This document shows, piece by piece, positions 1 to 10,216 of a DNA stretch of 64,000 nt. This DNA is from an uncultured delta proteobacterium (lineage in GTDB: Bacteria > Desulfobacterota > Desulfomonilia > Desulfomonilales > Desulfomonilaceae). The notes under the pieces are model-generated. The model saw only the letters and a list, made by a program, of their open reading frames with translations. It was not told where the DNA came from and made no database searches. Location of the stretch: positions 192,001 through 256,000 of the forward strand of contig CAWBKB010000005.1 in NCBI GenBank assembly GCA_963789265.1. Direction: 5' to 3'. Position 1 is the stretch's first letter. Each line of letters opens with the position of its first letter. The position numbers and the translations under genes were made by a program.

Positions 1-1315
1 TGAATTCCTCGTCAAAGAACAAGTGAACAAGCTTGTGGATGAAATCCTTGATCCAAAGCTCCGTGCCACGAACCTCTTAATATTTGACGGAGTCAATCTC
101 GACACGGCCGGCCTTGCCTCGCAAGTGCAAACACCGTCTCTCTTCGGGGGGTCCCGTGTAATAGTGATCGATCAGACCGCACTTTTCATGGGGCGTACCG
201 ATGAACGTAAACTTGCTGTAAAGGCAATGGACTCCTGGAAAGCCGGCGAGCGGAAGGCAGCATTCAGAGCCATGGGACAGTTGTTAAACCTCGCGGGCCT
301 CAGGCCCCGCGATCTTCAACACGATTTCGATTGGACAAAACAGATACTGGGGGATTCAGCCGGGGCGGATGAAAAAGCAACGTTGGCTCGTTTGGCCGAA
401 GAATTCCTTGAGGGGGGAAGCTCGGCCAAAGCAGCGGGAGATGAAGAGTTGGTGGAAGATCTAATCCTTTCTCCGCTTCCCGAAGGGACTGCGCTGGTGT
501 TCACCGCGCCCGCGGTCGATAAGCGCAAAAAAATTTTCAAAGCCGTGGAACAGGGGGGCCGTGTCGTTGAGTGTTCCGTACGACAAGAAAAATACGGCCC
601 GGGCATGGAAAAATCCTTCTTCGAGGAGCGAGTTCGCGAAACCTTGCAGCGAGCCGGAAAAGAGATCGCCTCCGATGCCCTTGAAAAGATGTACTTACGC
701 TCCGGCAAGGAGATCAGGCAGCTCGAGAGCGAAATCGAAAAACTTGTCGGGTACGTCGGGGAACGCCGAAAGATCACTGGGCTTGACGTGGAGACCATGT
801 TTTCGGATTCCCACGAGGCAGCATTCTTCGAGCTGGCCAACATTTTGCGAACCGCAGACATCAAGAAATGCCTCCCTGCACTGCATGAACACCTGAAGCT
901 GGTGTCACATCCGTTGCAAACCCTTGCCTTGATAGCCGGTGACTTTCGAAAACTCATGGTTGCCCGAGAGTTGCTTTTTACCGTATTCCGGTCTTCGTGG
1001 AAGCCGGGCATGACTTATCAGAACTTTCTGCCGGTCCTTAAAGGTGTCCGTCAGCAAAATGCCGGCGCGGGGCTAAAAGAAAAATTTAACTTGCTGGCAA
1101 TGAAAGATTATCCGCTCTATCTATGCTTGAGGGATGCTCAAAGGTTCCCTATGGAAAACCTTATGCGAATTATGGAGGCGATTCTCGAGGCGGACATTCT
1201 GATGAAGTCATCCAAACTGGGGTCGCAGGCCCCGAAGACCATTTTGGAGAATCTGATACTGACGATCTGCAGTCCGGCCGATGCCAGAGCGGATAGAGCG
1301 AGAAGAGCTGTATAG
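1..1315 (+). CDS. holA: DNA polymerase III delta subunit (5' end lies before the window)
   Basis: Frame is open from base 2 (EFLVKEQVNKL...). Motifs TPSLFGGSRVIVI, VDKRKKIFK and LESEIEKLVGYVG, plus a C-terminal LEADILMKS...LENLIL helix, are typical of HolA. Confidence 0.85.
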   Translation, partial: EFLVKEQVNKLVDEILDPKLRATNLLIFDGVNLDTAGLASQVQTPSLFGGSRVIVIDQTALFMGRTDERKLAVKAMDSWKAGERKAAFRAMGQLLNLAGLRPRDLQHDFDWTKQILGDSAGADEKATLARLAEEFLEGGSSAKAAGDEELVEDLILSPLPEGTALVFTAPAVDKRKKIFKAVEQGGRVVECSVRQEKYGPGMEKSFFEERVRETLQRAGKEIASDALEKMYLRSGKEIRQLESEIEKLVGYVGERRKITGLDVETMFSDSHEAAFFELANILRTADIKKCLPALHEHLKLVSHPLQTLALIAGDFRKLMVARELLFTVFRSSWKPGMTYQNFLPVLKGVRQQNAGAGLKEKFNLLAMKDYPLYLCLRDAQRFPMENLMRIMEAILEADILMKSSKLGSQAPKTILENLILTICSPADARADRARRAV

Positions 1316-1438
1316 TCTTCGAAAAGACCCACAAAGGAAGACAAGAAAACCTCTCTCCCTGGAAGCTGTGCTCTCACAGACAATTTCTTGCCGCCCGTAG
1401 TAAGCATTCAGTTACAGGCCGAATTTGCCGGTGGCTTC

Positions 1439-1516
1439 GTGGGCTGGGCTTTCTAGCCCGCCATTGAACGGGGGTTTCCTTGGCAGGCAGTCCCGCGCCT
1501 CGCGGAACTGCCCCAC
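1439..1516. repeat. REP-like palindrome pair (GTGGGCTGGGCTTTCTAGCCCGCC ... GGCAGGCA[palindrome]TGCCCCAC)
   Basis: Imperfect inverted pair in an intergenic region. Related units occur at 5598-5880 and 19819-19873. Confidence 0.6.
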
Positions 1517-1570
1517 AAGACTGAATGGTTACCGTCCGTAAATGTTTACACTTGACGAGCGACTGCAACA

Positions 1571-1599
1571 TTGACAACAACAAGGCTGCATTCTAATAT
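1571..1599 (+). promoter_or_regulatory. Putative sigma-70 promoter of the hydantoinase operon
   Basis: TTGACA (1571-1576), 17-nt spacer, TAATAT (1594-1599). A palindrome GTAAA-TG-TTTAC at 1538-1549 is a possible operator. Confidence 0.5.
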
Positions 1600-1663
1600 T
1601 TTTGTTCCCGAAGACGTCTCGTCGTTTTACCGGAACTGCACCTTCCAATCGTAAGAGGTCATC

Positions 1664-3769
1664 ATGAACTACAAGATCGGAATCGACGTAGGCGGTACAT
1701 TCACTGATTTCTTGCTCACCCGCTCTGATGGGCAATCCCGGACTTACAAGGTACTCTCTACCCCTAAAGATCCGTCCGTCGCGACTATGCAAGGGATTCA
1801 CGAGATGGCGCAGGACGAAGGGGCGGCTTTGAAAGACTTTCTGGCCGCGGTGGATGTGATTGTGCACGGGACAACCGTTACGACGAATGCCGTTCTCACC
1901 TATCGTGGAGCTAAGACGGGCCTGCTGACGACCAAAGGCGTAAGGGACGCGCTGGAAATGAGGCGGGGAATCCGTGAAGAGCAATACAACAACCGTTATA
2001 CAAATGTGGTCCCACTTGCTCCGCGTTATCTCAGGCTTCCTGTGTCCGGCCGCTTGGATTATGCAGGCAAAGAGATCACCCCTCTCGACGAACAGGAACT
2101 GCGGCTTCAGACGGAGTTCCTGAAGAAGAACGGAGTCGAGGCGGTGGCAATATGCTTCATGAATTCCTTCGCCAACCGCGACCACGAAGAGCGGGCCGCA
2201 AGTATAGTCCGAGAGCTGATGCCCGACGCGTACCTTTCGGTTTCTACCGAGGTGCTGCCCTCAATACGATTCTACGACCGCGTCTCCACTACGGTTCTTA
2301 ATGCGTATGTGGGCCCGATTCTCCGGCGATACCTTCAGAGTCTTCTCAAGAAACTCGATGACGCCGGATTTCCCAATATACTTTTGATAATGCAGTCAAA
2401 CGGTGGCGTAATCTCCCCCGATTTTGCCCTCGATCATGCAGCCACCACGCTGTTGTCGGGCCCGGCAGGCGGTCCGGTTGCCGGAATCGTGTACGCGGGA
2501 ATACAGAATTACCGGGACTGCATCACCATGGATATGGGCGGAACCTCATTTGACTGTGCTCTCATTAAGGATGCGACTCCCTTCAGCACCAACGTTGGGG
2601 AGATCAACCGACTGCGGCTGGCCCTTCCTATGCTCAATGTGGTGACCATCGGCGCGGGGGGCAGCTCCATAGGTTGGATAGATGACGGCGGCCTCCTGAG
2701 AATGGGTCCGCAAAGCGCTTCATCCGACCCCGGTCCGACGTCGTATGGGCTTGGCGGCGAAGAGCCAACCTGTACCGACGCAGACCTGGTCCTTGGGTAC
2801 CTGGATCCGGACTTTTTCGCAGGCGGACGTATGCCTCTTTACGCTGACCGCGCGAAGAGAGCAATAGAGGCTAAGATTGCCAAGCCTTTGGGTTATGACC
2901 TTTACGAAGCCGCAGCCGGGATGTATCAGGTTATCAACGTCAACATGGCCGCGGCCGTCAGAGAAGTGGCTGTAAAACACGGCCAGGATCCGCGGGACTT
3001 TCCTGTGGTGGTTGCCGGCGGCGCGGGCCCGAACCATGCTTGCATGATCGCTTTGGAGTTGGAAAATCCTGTGCTTATCGTGCCAAGGGAGTCCTCGATT
3101 TTCTGTGCAGCGGGTATGCTGATGTCGGACCTCAAGCACAATTTCGTGAGAACTTATGCCGTCAACTTGCAGGACGCAGACCCTCTGGTTTTTGGGCGGC
3201 TTTTTGATGAAATGAAAACAGAAGGGAAACGGCTTCTGAAATCTGAAGGAATCAGAGAGTCTTCCATTGAGTACCAGTATTCCTTGGACTTAAGGTACGT
3301 CAAACAGTATCACGAAGTAGGTGTAACGGTCACGGCGCAGGAAATTGACGGATTCGACATCCTTGCCATGGCCCGTCGATTCCACCCCGCTCACAATGCA
3401 CTGTACGGTTATTCACTCGAGGATCAAGGAACTCCCATAGAGCTTATTAACATGCGTCTTGTATGCATAGGCAAAACGGACAAACCGCAATTCCAAGAGC
3501 AGAAATATGCCGGTGAAGATCCTTCTCGTGCATACAAGAAAACCCGCAACGTTTACCTCCCGCTCCAAAAGAAGTTTCAAGAAGTGAGCGTATTCGATGG
3601 GCTGGCCCTTGAATTCGGCAACCATATAAAGGGACCGGCGATCATCGAACAGGTGAACACTACAACCTTTGTCGCACCCGAGTTCAACGTCCTTACGGAT
3701 CGCTTCGGCAGCTTCACTATGTACCTCAAAGAGTGCGAGGAAGACGTAAAAAGGAGGATCGTCTCGTGA
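1664..3769 (+). CDS. Hydantoinase/5-oxoprolinase family subunit A (HyuA-like, ATP-hydrolysing)
   Basis: Motifs IGIDVGGTFTD, HGTTVTTNA, LSGPAGG, DMGGTSFD, IGAGG and GGAGP; 701 aa. Confidence 0.93.
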   Translation: MNYKIGIDVGGTFTDFLLTRSDGQSRTYKVLSTPKDPSVATMQGIHEMAQDEGAALKDFLAAVDVIVHGTTVTTNAVLTYRGAKTGLLTTKGVRDALEMRRGIREEQYNNRYTNVVPLAPRYLRLPVSGRLDYAGKEITPLDEQELRLQTEFLKKNGVEAVAICFMNSFANRDHEERAASIVRELMPDAYLSVSTEVLPSIRFYDRVSTTVLNAYVGPILRRYLQSLLKKLDDAGFPNILLIMQSNGGVISPDFALDHAATTLLSGPAGGPVAGIVYAGIQNYRDCITMDMGGTSFDCALIKDATPFSTNVGEINRLRLALPMLNVVTIGAGGSSIGWIDDGGLLRMGPQSASSDPGPTSYGLGGEEPTCTDADLVLGYLDPDFFAGGRMPLYADRAKRAIEAKIAKPLGYDLYEAAAGMYQVINVNMAAAVREVAVKHGQDPRDFPVVVAGGAGPNHACMIALELENPVLIVPRESSIFCAAGMLMSDLKHNFVRTYAVNLQDADPLVFGRLFDEMKTEGKRLLKSEGIRESSIEYQYSLDLRYVKQYHEVGVTVTAQEIDGFDILAMARRFHPAHNALYGYSLEDQGTPIELINMRLVCIGKTDKPQFQEQKYAGEDPSRAYKKTRNVYLPLQKKFQEVSVFDGLALEFGNHIKGPAIIEQVNTTTFVAPEFNVLTDRFGSFTMYLKECEEDVKRRIVS

Positions 3770-5517
3770 GTGTTGAGATCGACAAGGTGCTGGTTTCCAT
3801 CCTGCAGCGTCGTCTCAAATCAATTACCGAGGAGATGAGCATTGCGCTGACCATGACGACGAGGTCCCCCATTCTGTGCGAAGCAAGAGACTTCGTTACG
3901 GGCCTTTACGACACGCGAGGGAAAATGCTGGAGCAAACCGAAAACCTTCCTATTCTCTCATTTTCCCTGGGCCCGGTCTGCGAGTACATTGTCAACTACT
4001 TCGGCGACGAAATCTATCCGGGTGATGTGATTTTCCATAACGATGTGTTTTCCATGGGAAATCAAAACAACGACGTCGCGGCGTACAAGCCGATCTTTTT
4101 TGAGGGTACCCTTGTAGGGTGGGCAGCTTGTAAGGGGCACCAGGCGGATATCGGCGGCGCGGTCCAGGGTGGATACAATCCCAATGCCGTTGAGGTCTGG
4201 CAAGAAGCGTTGCGCATACCTCCGGTCAAAGTTTATGAAAGGGGCAAACTGCGCAAGGACGTTTGGGATCTGATCTTTGCCAATATCCGCCTGGACATTG
4301 TGGCTGAGGACATGCGAGCCGAGATCGGTTCCTGCGTGGTTGGCGAGCGCGGTCTCCTGAAAATAATAGAGCGTTACGGGCTCGATGTTTTCGAAGCTCA
4401 CAAAGAATACCTCTTTGACTCTACAGATAGGATGATGCGCTCGGAAATTCGCACGATTCCGGACGGAGTATATTTCGGTGAATCCACGTGCTACTTTGAC
4501 GGGAAAAATCCTGGTTCCAAGTATCAGATCAGGGTCAAAATCACGGTCGATGATGGGGAAATTACCTTCGACTACTCCGACACCGACCCCCAAACGACGG
4601 GTTTTGTAAACGGAACCTACACTTCAAGCGCATCAGCCACGATCCTGACATTCCTTCAGATGGTCAACCCGGATATGCCCCACAACGACGGAATGGTCCG
4701 GCCAGTCAAAATTATCATCCCGCAAGGGACTATACTCAACGCCGCATATCCTGCAGCAACCACATACGGCAACCATTTGTGCCCGAACAATGCCGATGCG
4801 ATCATGAGAGCACTGGGGCCGGTGATTCCGGAGCGAGTCACCGCGGAATGGAATGAGTTGTTGTGCTCGCTCACTACCGGAATAGACCCCCGCAAGAATA
4901 CACCATACGTGGATATTGGCTTTATGGGATTGAAGGGCGGCTCGGGGGCCATCGAAGGGGCGGACGGTTACGATCACATCGGCATGATTGACGCGTCCGG
5001 GGGAGTGTTGGATCAGGATTACGAAATGTTTGAACAACAGACTCCTCATCTTCTGGTCAAACATGAGTACTGGCAGGACTCAGCCGGGCCGGGTCGGTGG
5101 CGTGGAGGGCTTGGCGTTGAGACCGAGTTCGTCATCGGTTCAGATCAAACAAAACTTGTAACATTCGGCGATGGGGATGTGGAGCCCACGCGAGGGTCCA
5201 TGGGGGGAATGGAAGGGACGCTTAACAAGATCGAATTGACCTCTCCTGATGGCCGGCGATATCTTTGCACCACAAAAGACCTTGTGGAGGGTGTTCCTAA
5301 AGGGGCAATCTATTTTCAACAGGCAGGAGGCGGAGGCGGATACGGCGATCCATTTTTGAGGCCCAAGGAGAAGGTCGCCGACGAAGTTCGAAATGGAATA
5401 ATTTCTTTGGAAGCTGCCGGCAGGGATTACGGGGTCCTGGTGGAGCCGGAGAGCTTTGCGGTCAATGAAGGAGAGACCCTACGGCGACGGTCGTCACGAA
5501 ACATCGGGCCGTCATAA
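3766..5517 (+). CDS. Hydantoinase B/5-oxoprolinase family subunit B
   Basis: Motifs SPILCEARDF, HQADIGG, DSAGPGRWRGGLG and GGGGYGDP. The GTG start overlaps the subunit A stop (GTGA) and has an AAGGAGG RBS. Confidence 0.93.
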   Translation: MSVEIDKVLVSILQRRLKSITEEMSIALTMTTRSPILCEARDFVTGLYDTRGKMLEQTENLPILSFSLGPVCEYIVNYFGDEIYPGDVIFHNDVFSMGNQNNDVAAYKPIFFEGTLVGWAACKGHQADIGGAVQGGYNPNAVEVWQEALRIPPVKVYERGKLRKDVWDLIFANIRLDIVAEDMRAEIGSCVVGERGLLKIIERYGLDVFEAHKEYLFDSTDRMMRSEIRTIPDGVYFGESTCYFDGKNPGSKYQIRVKITVDDGEITFDYSDTDPQTTGFVNGTYTSSASATILTFLQMVNPDMPHNDGMVRPVKIIIPQGTILNAAYPAATTYGNHLCPNNADAIMRALGPVIPERVTAEWNELLCSLTTGIDPRKNTPYVDIGFMGLKGGSGAIEGADGYDHIGMIDASGGVLDQDYEMFEQQTPHLLVKHEYWQDSAGPGRWRGGLGVETEFVIGSDQTKLVTFGDGDVEPTRGSMGGMEGTLNKIELTSPDGRRYLCTTKDLVEGVPKGAIYFQQAGGGGGYGDPFLRPKEKVADEVRNGIISLEAAGRDYGVLVEPESFAVNEGETLRRRSSRNIGPS

Positions 5518-5613
5518 TACGTGTAATCGTGCAGTGGAATCATATCTCCGGGGGTCGCCGTTTCTCACAAGATCTAGGTGATTGTCATTGCGATAATGTG
5601 GGGCAGGCTTTCC

Positions 5614-5822
5614 GAAAGTGTCTCAAAACTATTTTGATGACCAGAATCGTGCCACGATTCAGGCTCATTCGTATAGTCGTCGCCCTCACCCCAACCCTCT
5701 CTCAAAGGGAAAAGGAGCAGATCCAGGGCAGTTTTGCACTTCCCTCGCCCTCTGGGAGAGGGACACAGGGTGAGGGATTCGTGCTACGATTCCGACCGCT
5801 TCATTGTTTTTGAGACAGTTCC
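5614..5822. mobile_element. MITE-like element, copy 1 (~210 bp)
   Basis: Terminal inverted repeats GAAAGTGTCTCAAAA...TTTTGAGACAGTTCC and an internal CCCTCACCC..CCCTCTC / GGGAGAGGG..GGGTGAGGG hairpin. Homologous to 9733-9943. Confidence 0.75.
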
Positions 5823-5921
5823 TTTCAGCCTGCCGTCAGCCAAGTTTAGAAAAGGGCAGGCTGGAAGAGACTGCCTCAAAAATGCGGACCATATCGAGAT
5901 CGTGTTACGAAAGCCGCTATA

Positions 5922-5966
5922 GTTCTGGTTCCCAATCCCGCGTCTCGCGAGACTGGGAACCAGAAC
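5922..5966. repeat. Nested hairpin GTTCTGGTTCCCA-[ATCCCGCGTCTCGCGAGAC]-TGGGAACCAGAAC
   Basis: Perfect 13-bp outer stem enclosing the dispersed CCCGCG palindrome. Confidence 0.7.
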
Positions 5967-6036
5967 AAGCGATCTCCGGTGGGGCAGCCGTCTCGCCTGT
6001 TGTCATTCCTGATTGCTGGAGAGGGAGCAATTCTGT

Positions 6037-7324
6037 ATGAGAACGTTCATGCCGACATACTCATCGTATGAAGAACTGGCTGAAATGCAACTCAAAGGAC
6101 TTCTGTGGACGCTTAAACACGCATACAACGGCTCTCCCGCGTACCGCCGGAAACTCGATGGTTCAGGCATCAGTAGCGGAGATATAAGGAACATCGAGGA
6201 CTTGAAAAGGCTACCATTCACCACATCCGAGGACCTTGCAGAAGGCTACCCGTTTCCGCTTTTATCGGTTCCTATAAGCGACGTAGTCAGGGTGCATGCT
6301 TCCTCCGGCACGACAGGCAAGAGGAAGGTGCTCTGTTATACTCAGAACGACATAGACGATTGGGCACATTTCTTTGCCCGATGCTATGAAATGGCCGAAC
6401 TGACCACCGAAGATCGGGTACAGATCTGCGTTGGATATGGTGTGTGGACCGCGGGTGTGGGGTTTCAGTTAGGTTGCGAAAAATTCGGCGCGCTCGGCGG
6501 TGCCGGCCGGTCCCGGCAATCTCGATATGCAGATAGAATTCCTTATAGATTTCCAAAGCACCGTGCTGTGTTGTACAGCATCAATGGGACTGTTACTCGC
6601 TGAAGAAGTGGAACGGCGAGGTGTACGAAACAAGCTGAGTCTCAAGAAAATGATCTACGGTTCCGAACGCTCTTCCGAAGCCATGAGGAATAGGATAAAG
6701 GATCTGCTCGCCCTCTCCGATATGTACGACATTCCCGGGTTGACCGAACTCTACGGACCGGGGACCGGGCTTGAGTGCTCGGCACACGACGGCATGCATT
6801 ATTGGGCCGACTACTACATTTTGGAGATACTGGATCCCGATACCTTGGAACCGGTGCCGGAAGGCCAAGTAGGAGAGATGGTCGTCACTACTCTTCGGAA
6901 GGAAGCAGTCCCGTTGATTCGCTACCGCACGAGGGACCTTTCAGCCCTCAAATCAGGCCCTTGTCCTTGCGGCCGATTACTACCCAGGCACGACCGCATC
7001 CTGGGCAGATCGGATGACATGTTCATCGTCAAGGCCGTAAATATCTATCCCGGTCAGATCGACAGCGTTTTGAGCAACATCCCGGGAATTGGAAGTGAGT
7101 ACCAGGTGATAATCGAACGTAACGAAGGGAGAGACACCATGAGACTCAAGCTGGAGCGCGCTCGGAATGCGGATGCCGCCTCCGATGCTCAAACGACGTC
7201 GGTGGTCAAAGAGGCGCTCAGGGCCAAGATTCTTGTCACCCCGGAAGTCGAGATCGTGAACTACGCTACTTTGCCGCGGAGCGAGCGCAAGACCAGAAGA
7301 GTGTTCGATAACCGGGACGTGTGA
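6037..7324 (+). CDS. paaK: Phenylacetate-CoA ligase family protein (one +1 frameshift near 6496)
   Basis: The 6013 ORF has VRVHASSGTTGK and YGVWTAG. The 6500 ORF has GLTELYGPG, PLIRYRTRD and GRSDDMFIVKAVNIYPGQI. Removing one G restores GALAVPAGPGN. Confidence 0.85.
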
Positions 7325-7399
7325 GGGACCATCGGGATCCCTGCTCACTGGCAATGCGTGTGGGCGCTTGGCACAGATGTTCTCGAGGTAGTACACATT

Positions 7400-7891
7400 A
7401 TGGCCACTGATTTTACGTTTGCCTATGGCTCGAATATGAACCGTTCCGACCTTCGTTCATGGCTGGAAGCGGACGGGTATGATTCTGGTTTGGTTATTGA
7501 TGCCAGTCCCGCAACGCTTGAAGGGTATGATTTCGTCTGGGATTACTACTCTCAGTCCAGGAGCGGGGGAGCGGCTAACCTGGAACGCAAGGATAATTCC
7601 ACCGTTTGGGGAGTGCTGATCGAGTTTGAGCTCTCTTTGCTGAAAGCTTTTGACAGGAAGGAAGGGCACCCTTACTTCTATTCACGGGGCGAGAAGCGAG
7701 TTCCCGTTCGTCGCGTCAGAGACGGTGAAATTATTTCCGCGTGGCTTTATCTGGCCAAGCCGAATAGAAGCGGCAGACGAGACGTGTGGCCGACACGGCG
7801 CTATAAAAAAATAGTCCTTGATGCCGCTCTGTTTTGGAAATTCCCAGAAGAGTATATCGCAAAGATCAATCGCTGGGAAACGCAGCCATAA
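7400..7891 (+). CDS. Gamma-glutamylcyclotransferase (GGCT/AIG2-like)
   Basis: Signature FAYGSNM, VWGVL and FDRKEG; GAGG RBS before the ATG at 7400. Confidence 0.85.
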   Translation: MATDFTFAYGSNMNRSDLRSWLEADGYDSGLVIDASPATLEGYDFVWDYYSQSRSGGAANLERKDNSTVWGVLIEFELSLLKAFDRKEGHPYFYSRGEKRVPVRRVRDGEIISAWLYLAKPNRSGRRDVWPTRRYKKIVLDAALFWKFPEEYIAKINRWETQP

Positions 7892-8138
7892 ATGACAAAC
7901 CGTCAGGGAGTAACGCCTGTCAGTCATGGACAGCCTGAGATTGTCATTGCGAGCGAAGGAAGGGGTAGGTCGGGCCATGCCCGACGTAATATGGCGGCCA
8001 CGGGCAATCCGGCCTGGGCAAGACTGTTCCACCGGAGATATAGTGTTACTCGCTTGTAAACGACTCGGTACAGGCTATTTTTCTTCGCGTTCTCGGCGCA
8101 GTCCCCGGCAAATCTTCATCGCCAGTTGCCTATGAATC

Positions 8139-9443
8139 TTAACCTCGGGAATCGCCAACGCGGGAATACATAGCCGTTTCCTCACTCCAACTTGCCTTTC
8201 CTAAAACAGGTCCGGCAGAAGCCGAAAATATCTTTGAAGCCTCCGGATCGAGGCTCGTCGGCTCATAACGATTTGTATGATAGGTGGTTCCCCTCCACTG
8301 CAAGGCGTCTTTCCACAGAATCTTCTTCAGAATAATGAGATAAACCCAGATGAGCATCAGGTTTCCTACGACCAAAAGAACGGAGTATTTCCTGGGCACG
8401 CCCATCTGCGCGCAGAACCAGGACGAGACCAGACACATCTCGATTGAACAGATCGCTGGGAGGAGAAACCAGGTAGCCGGCCAGATCTCTCGGGCCGTAC
8501 AAATGTAGATATATAAAGATATTGCCATGACCGGGAAGCTCACAAGGACGTGAACGGCCAAATATTTCAGCACCACCGGCATCTCGTAATTCATCGAGGC
8601 GCTGAGAATGCGGGTCCATCCTCTGACGATTGCTCCAAAAGTAGTGTACATCCGAGTTTTCAAAACGTTTTTTCCGTTTGCAAAAACAAGCCCTAGCCCT
8701 GCGGCCTTAATCCTTTTGCCGATCCCTATATCTTCAACAGCCAAGTCCCTCACTTCACTATGGCCGCCGATTTTCTTATAAGCAGATCTGCGGATCATGT
8801 AGAACATGCCATTAGCACTGGCCACGGGACTGGCCGGATCATTTACGCTACCGAGAGGGTAAAGAATGCAGGTCATCGCGGCGAAAACCGGCTGGAGGGC
8901 CTTTTCCCAGAAGGTTTTGACGACAAATCTTGGACTGAGAGTCACCATGTTTGCACGGCGCTTGACTGCTTCATGATAACACAGACTCAGTGCAGACTCA
9001 TGAAGGGAGCTATCCGCGTCGAGAAAGGCCAGCCATTCGCCGGAAGCGTAACTAACCCCCACGTCCAGCGCGTGGCACTTTCCGGTCCAGCCTGGGGGCA
9101 AATTATCCACGGAAATTACACGGAAATTCTCCTGCACATTTGACAGAGACCTTGCGATGGACGCAGTAAGGTCGTCAGACCTGTCGTCGACCAGAATCAG
9201 TTCAAATTGAGGGTAGTTCTGATTCAGCACCGACTCGAGACATTCGCGTATGGTCGACTGTTCGTTGTGCGCAGGCACAATGATGGAGATAAGCGGGGGA
9301 TCCGCAAGGATCGGCAAACTCGCGTTCGGATCCGGAGTCGGAACCCAGTGGAGCGAATTCAAGGCGTCTCGAATTCTCATTGTCCAGAAATAGCCTTCAA
9401 AAAGCAAAACGGCTGTGGCTATCGCAAACGCTAGATACGTCAA
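8139..9443 (-). CDS. Membrane GT2 glycosyltransferase (HpnB/CrtQ-like)
   Basis: Motifs IIVPAHNE, VDDRSDD, PPGWTGKCHAL, FLDAD, ANG.F and EDIGIG, with N- and C-terminal TM segments. Start TTG at 9443 is inferred. Confidence 0.85.
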   Translation of the reverse strand: MTYLAFAIATAVLLFEGYFWTMRIRDALNSLHWVPTPDPNASLPILADPPLISIIVPAHNEQSTIRECLESVLNQNYPQFELILVDDRSDDLTASIARSLSNVQENFRVISVDNLPPGWTGKCHALDVGVSYASGEWLAFLDADSSLHESALSLCYHEAVKRRANMVTLSPRFVVKTFWEKALQPVFAAMTCILYPLGSVNDPASPVASANGMFYMIRRSAYKKIGGHSEVRDLAVEDIGIGKRIKAAGLGLVFANGKNVLKTRMYTTFGAIVRGWTRILSASMNYEMPVVLKYLAVHVLVSFPVMAISLYIYICTAREIWPATWFLLPAICSIEMCLVSSWFCAQMGVPRKYSVLLVVGNLMLIWVYLIILKKILWKDALQWRGTTYHTNRYEPTSLDPEASKIFSASAGPVLGKASWSEETAMYSRVGDSRG

Positions 9444-9732
9444 TTTTTCCCCTTGATAAATCGAATGAGTTTGTTCGAAATGCGGCAACGATTGAAAGCG
9501 GCCCAGTCGGCATGCTGGTCGCATCGTAGGGGCACGATCCCGTGTTGGCAGAATGCCCTTACAATTCGGAGCCGATGTTACTGTACCACACTATATGGCA
9601 ATTGCCAAAAGTAATGTTGGAAAGAAAGAATGAGTCGGCGCGGATTGCAAGGTTAGTGGCAAAGCCCCCCGAAAATGTTTCAAAACTATTTTGATAACGT
9701 AAATCGTTCCATGACCGAGTCCCGGCGCTGAA

Positions 9733-9943
9733 CAAACTGTCTCAAAACTATTTTGATGCCCAGAATCGTGCCACGATTAAGCCTGGTGGGCATTTTCGGT
9801 GCCCTCACCCTGACCCTCTCCCAAAGGGCGAGGGGACGCTAATAGAGACCTTGGATCAGCTCCCTCTCCCTTTGGGAGAGGGCTGGGGTGAGGGAATTTC
9901 GTGGTACCGATCGCGTCCAGTTCAAGAATTTTGAGACAGTTTC
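9733..9943. mobile_element. MITE-like element, copy 2 (~210 bp); an extra degenerate left end lies at 9671-9714
   Basis: TIRs CAAACTGTCTCAAAA...TTTTGAGACAGTTTC flanked by a TGAA direct repeat. Shares CTCAAAACTATTTTGATG.CCAGAATCGTGCCACGATT with copy 1. Confidence 0.78.
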
Positions 9944-10155
9944 TGAAGCACCGGGCTACTTTCGGTCGCCTCTATGAGGCTCAAATGGGTTGTCACACAA
10001 GGACGTTTGATAGTAGCCCGGTCCACCGCGGAACGCGGGATTGCCGGGATAAGGAGCATCGAGGCATGATTTGGGGACAGTCTTGGATACTTGTAATACG
10101 CACTAACAACCCGCTTCGCAAAGCTGAATGCGCATGCCCTACAGGAGTCAATGAA

Positions 10156-10183
10156 CAAAAAACGGAGGGCTGAAAACCCTCCG
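10156..10183 (-). terminator. Rho-independent terminator of the outer-membrane protein gene
   Basis: On the minus strand, a CGGAGGG-TTTTCAG-CCCTCCG stem is followed by TTTTTTG, about 35 nt after the stop. Confidence 0.75.
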
Positions 10184-10216
10184 CTATGGCAAGGCGAGCC
10201 TTTTGTATATCATATC

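Noticed and set aside
5529..6040. Short ORFs (94, 62 and 78 aa) between the hydantoinase B gene and paaK
   Set aside because: They are translations of MITE/REP sequence (for example ALTPTLSQRE, PSPSGRG) and have no RBS or domain.
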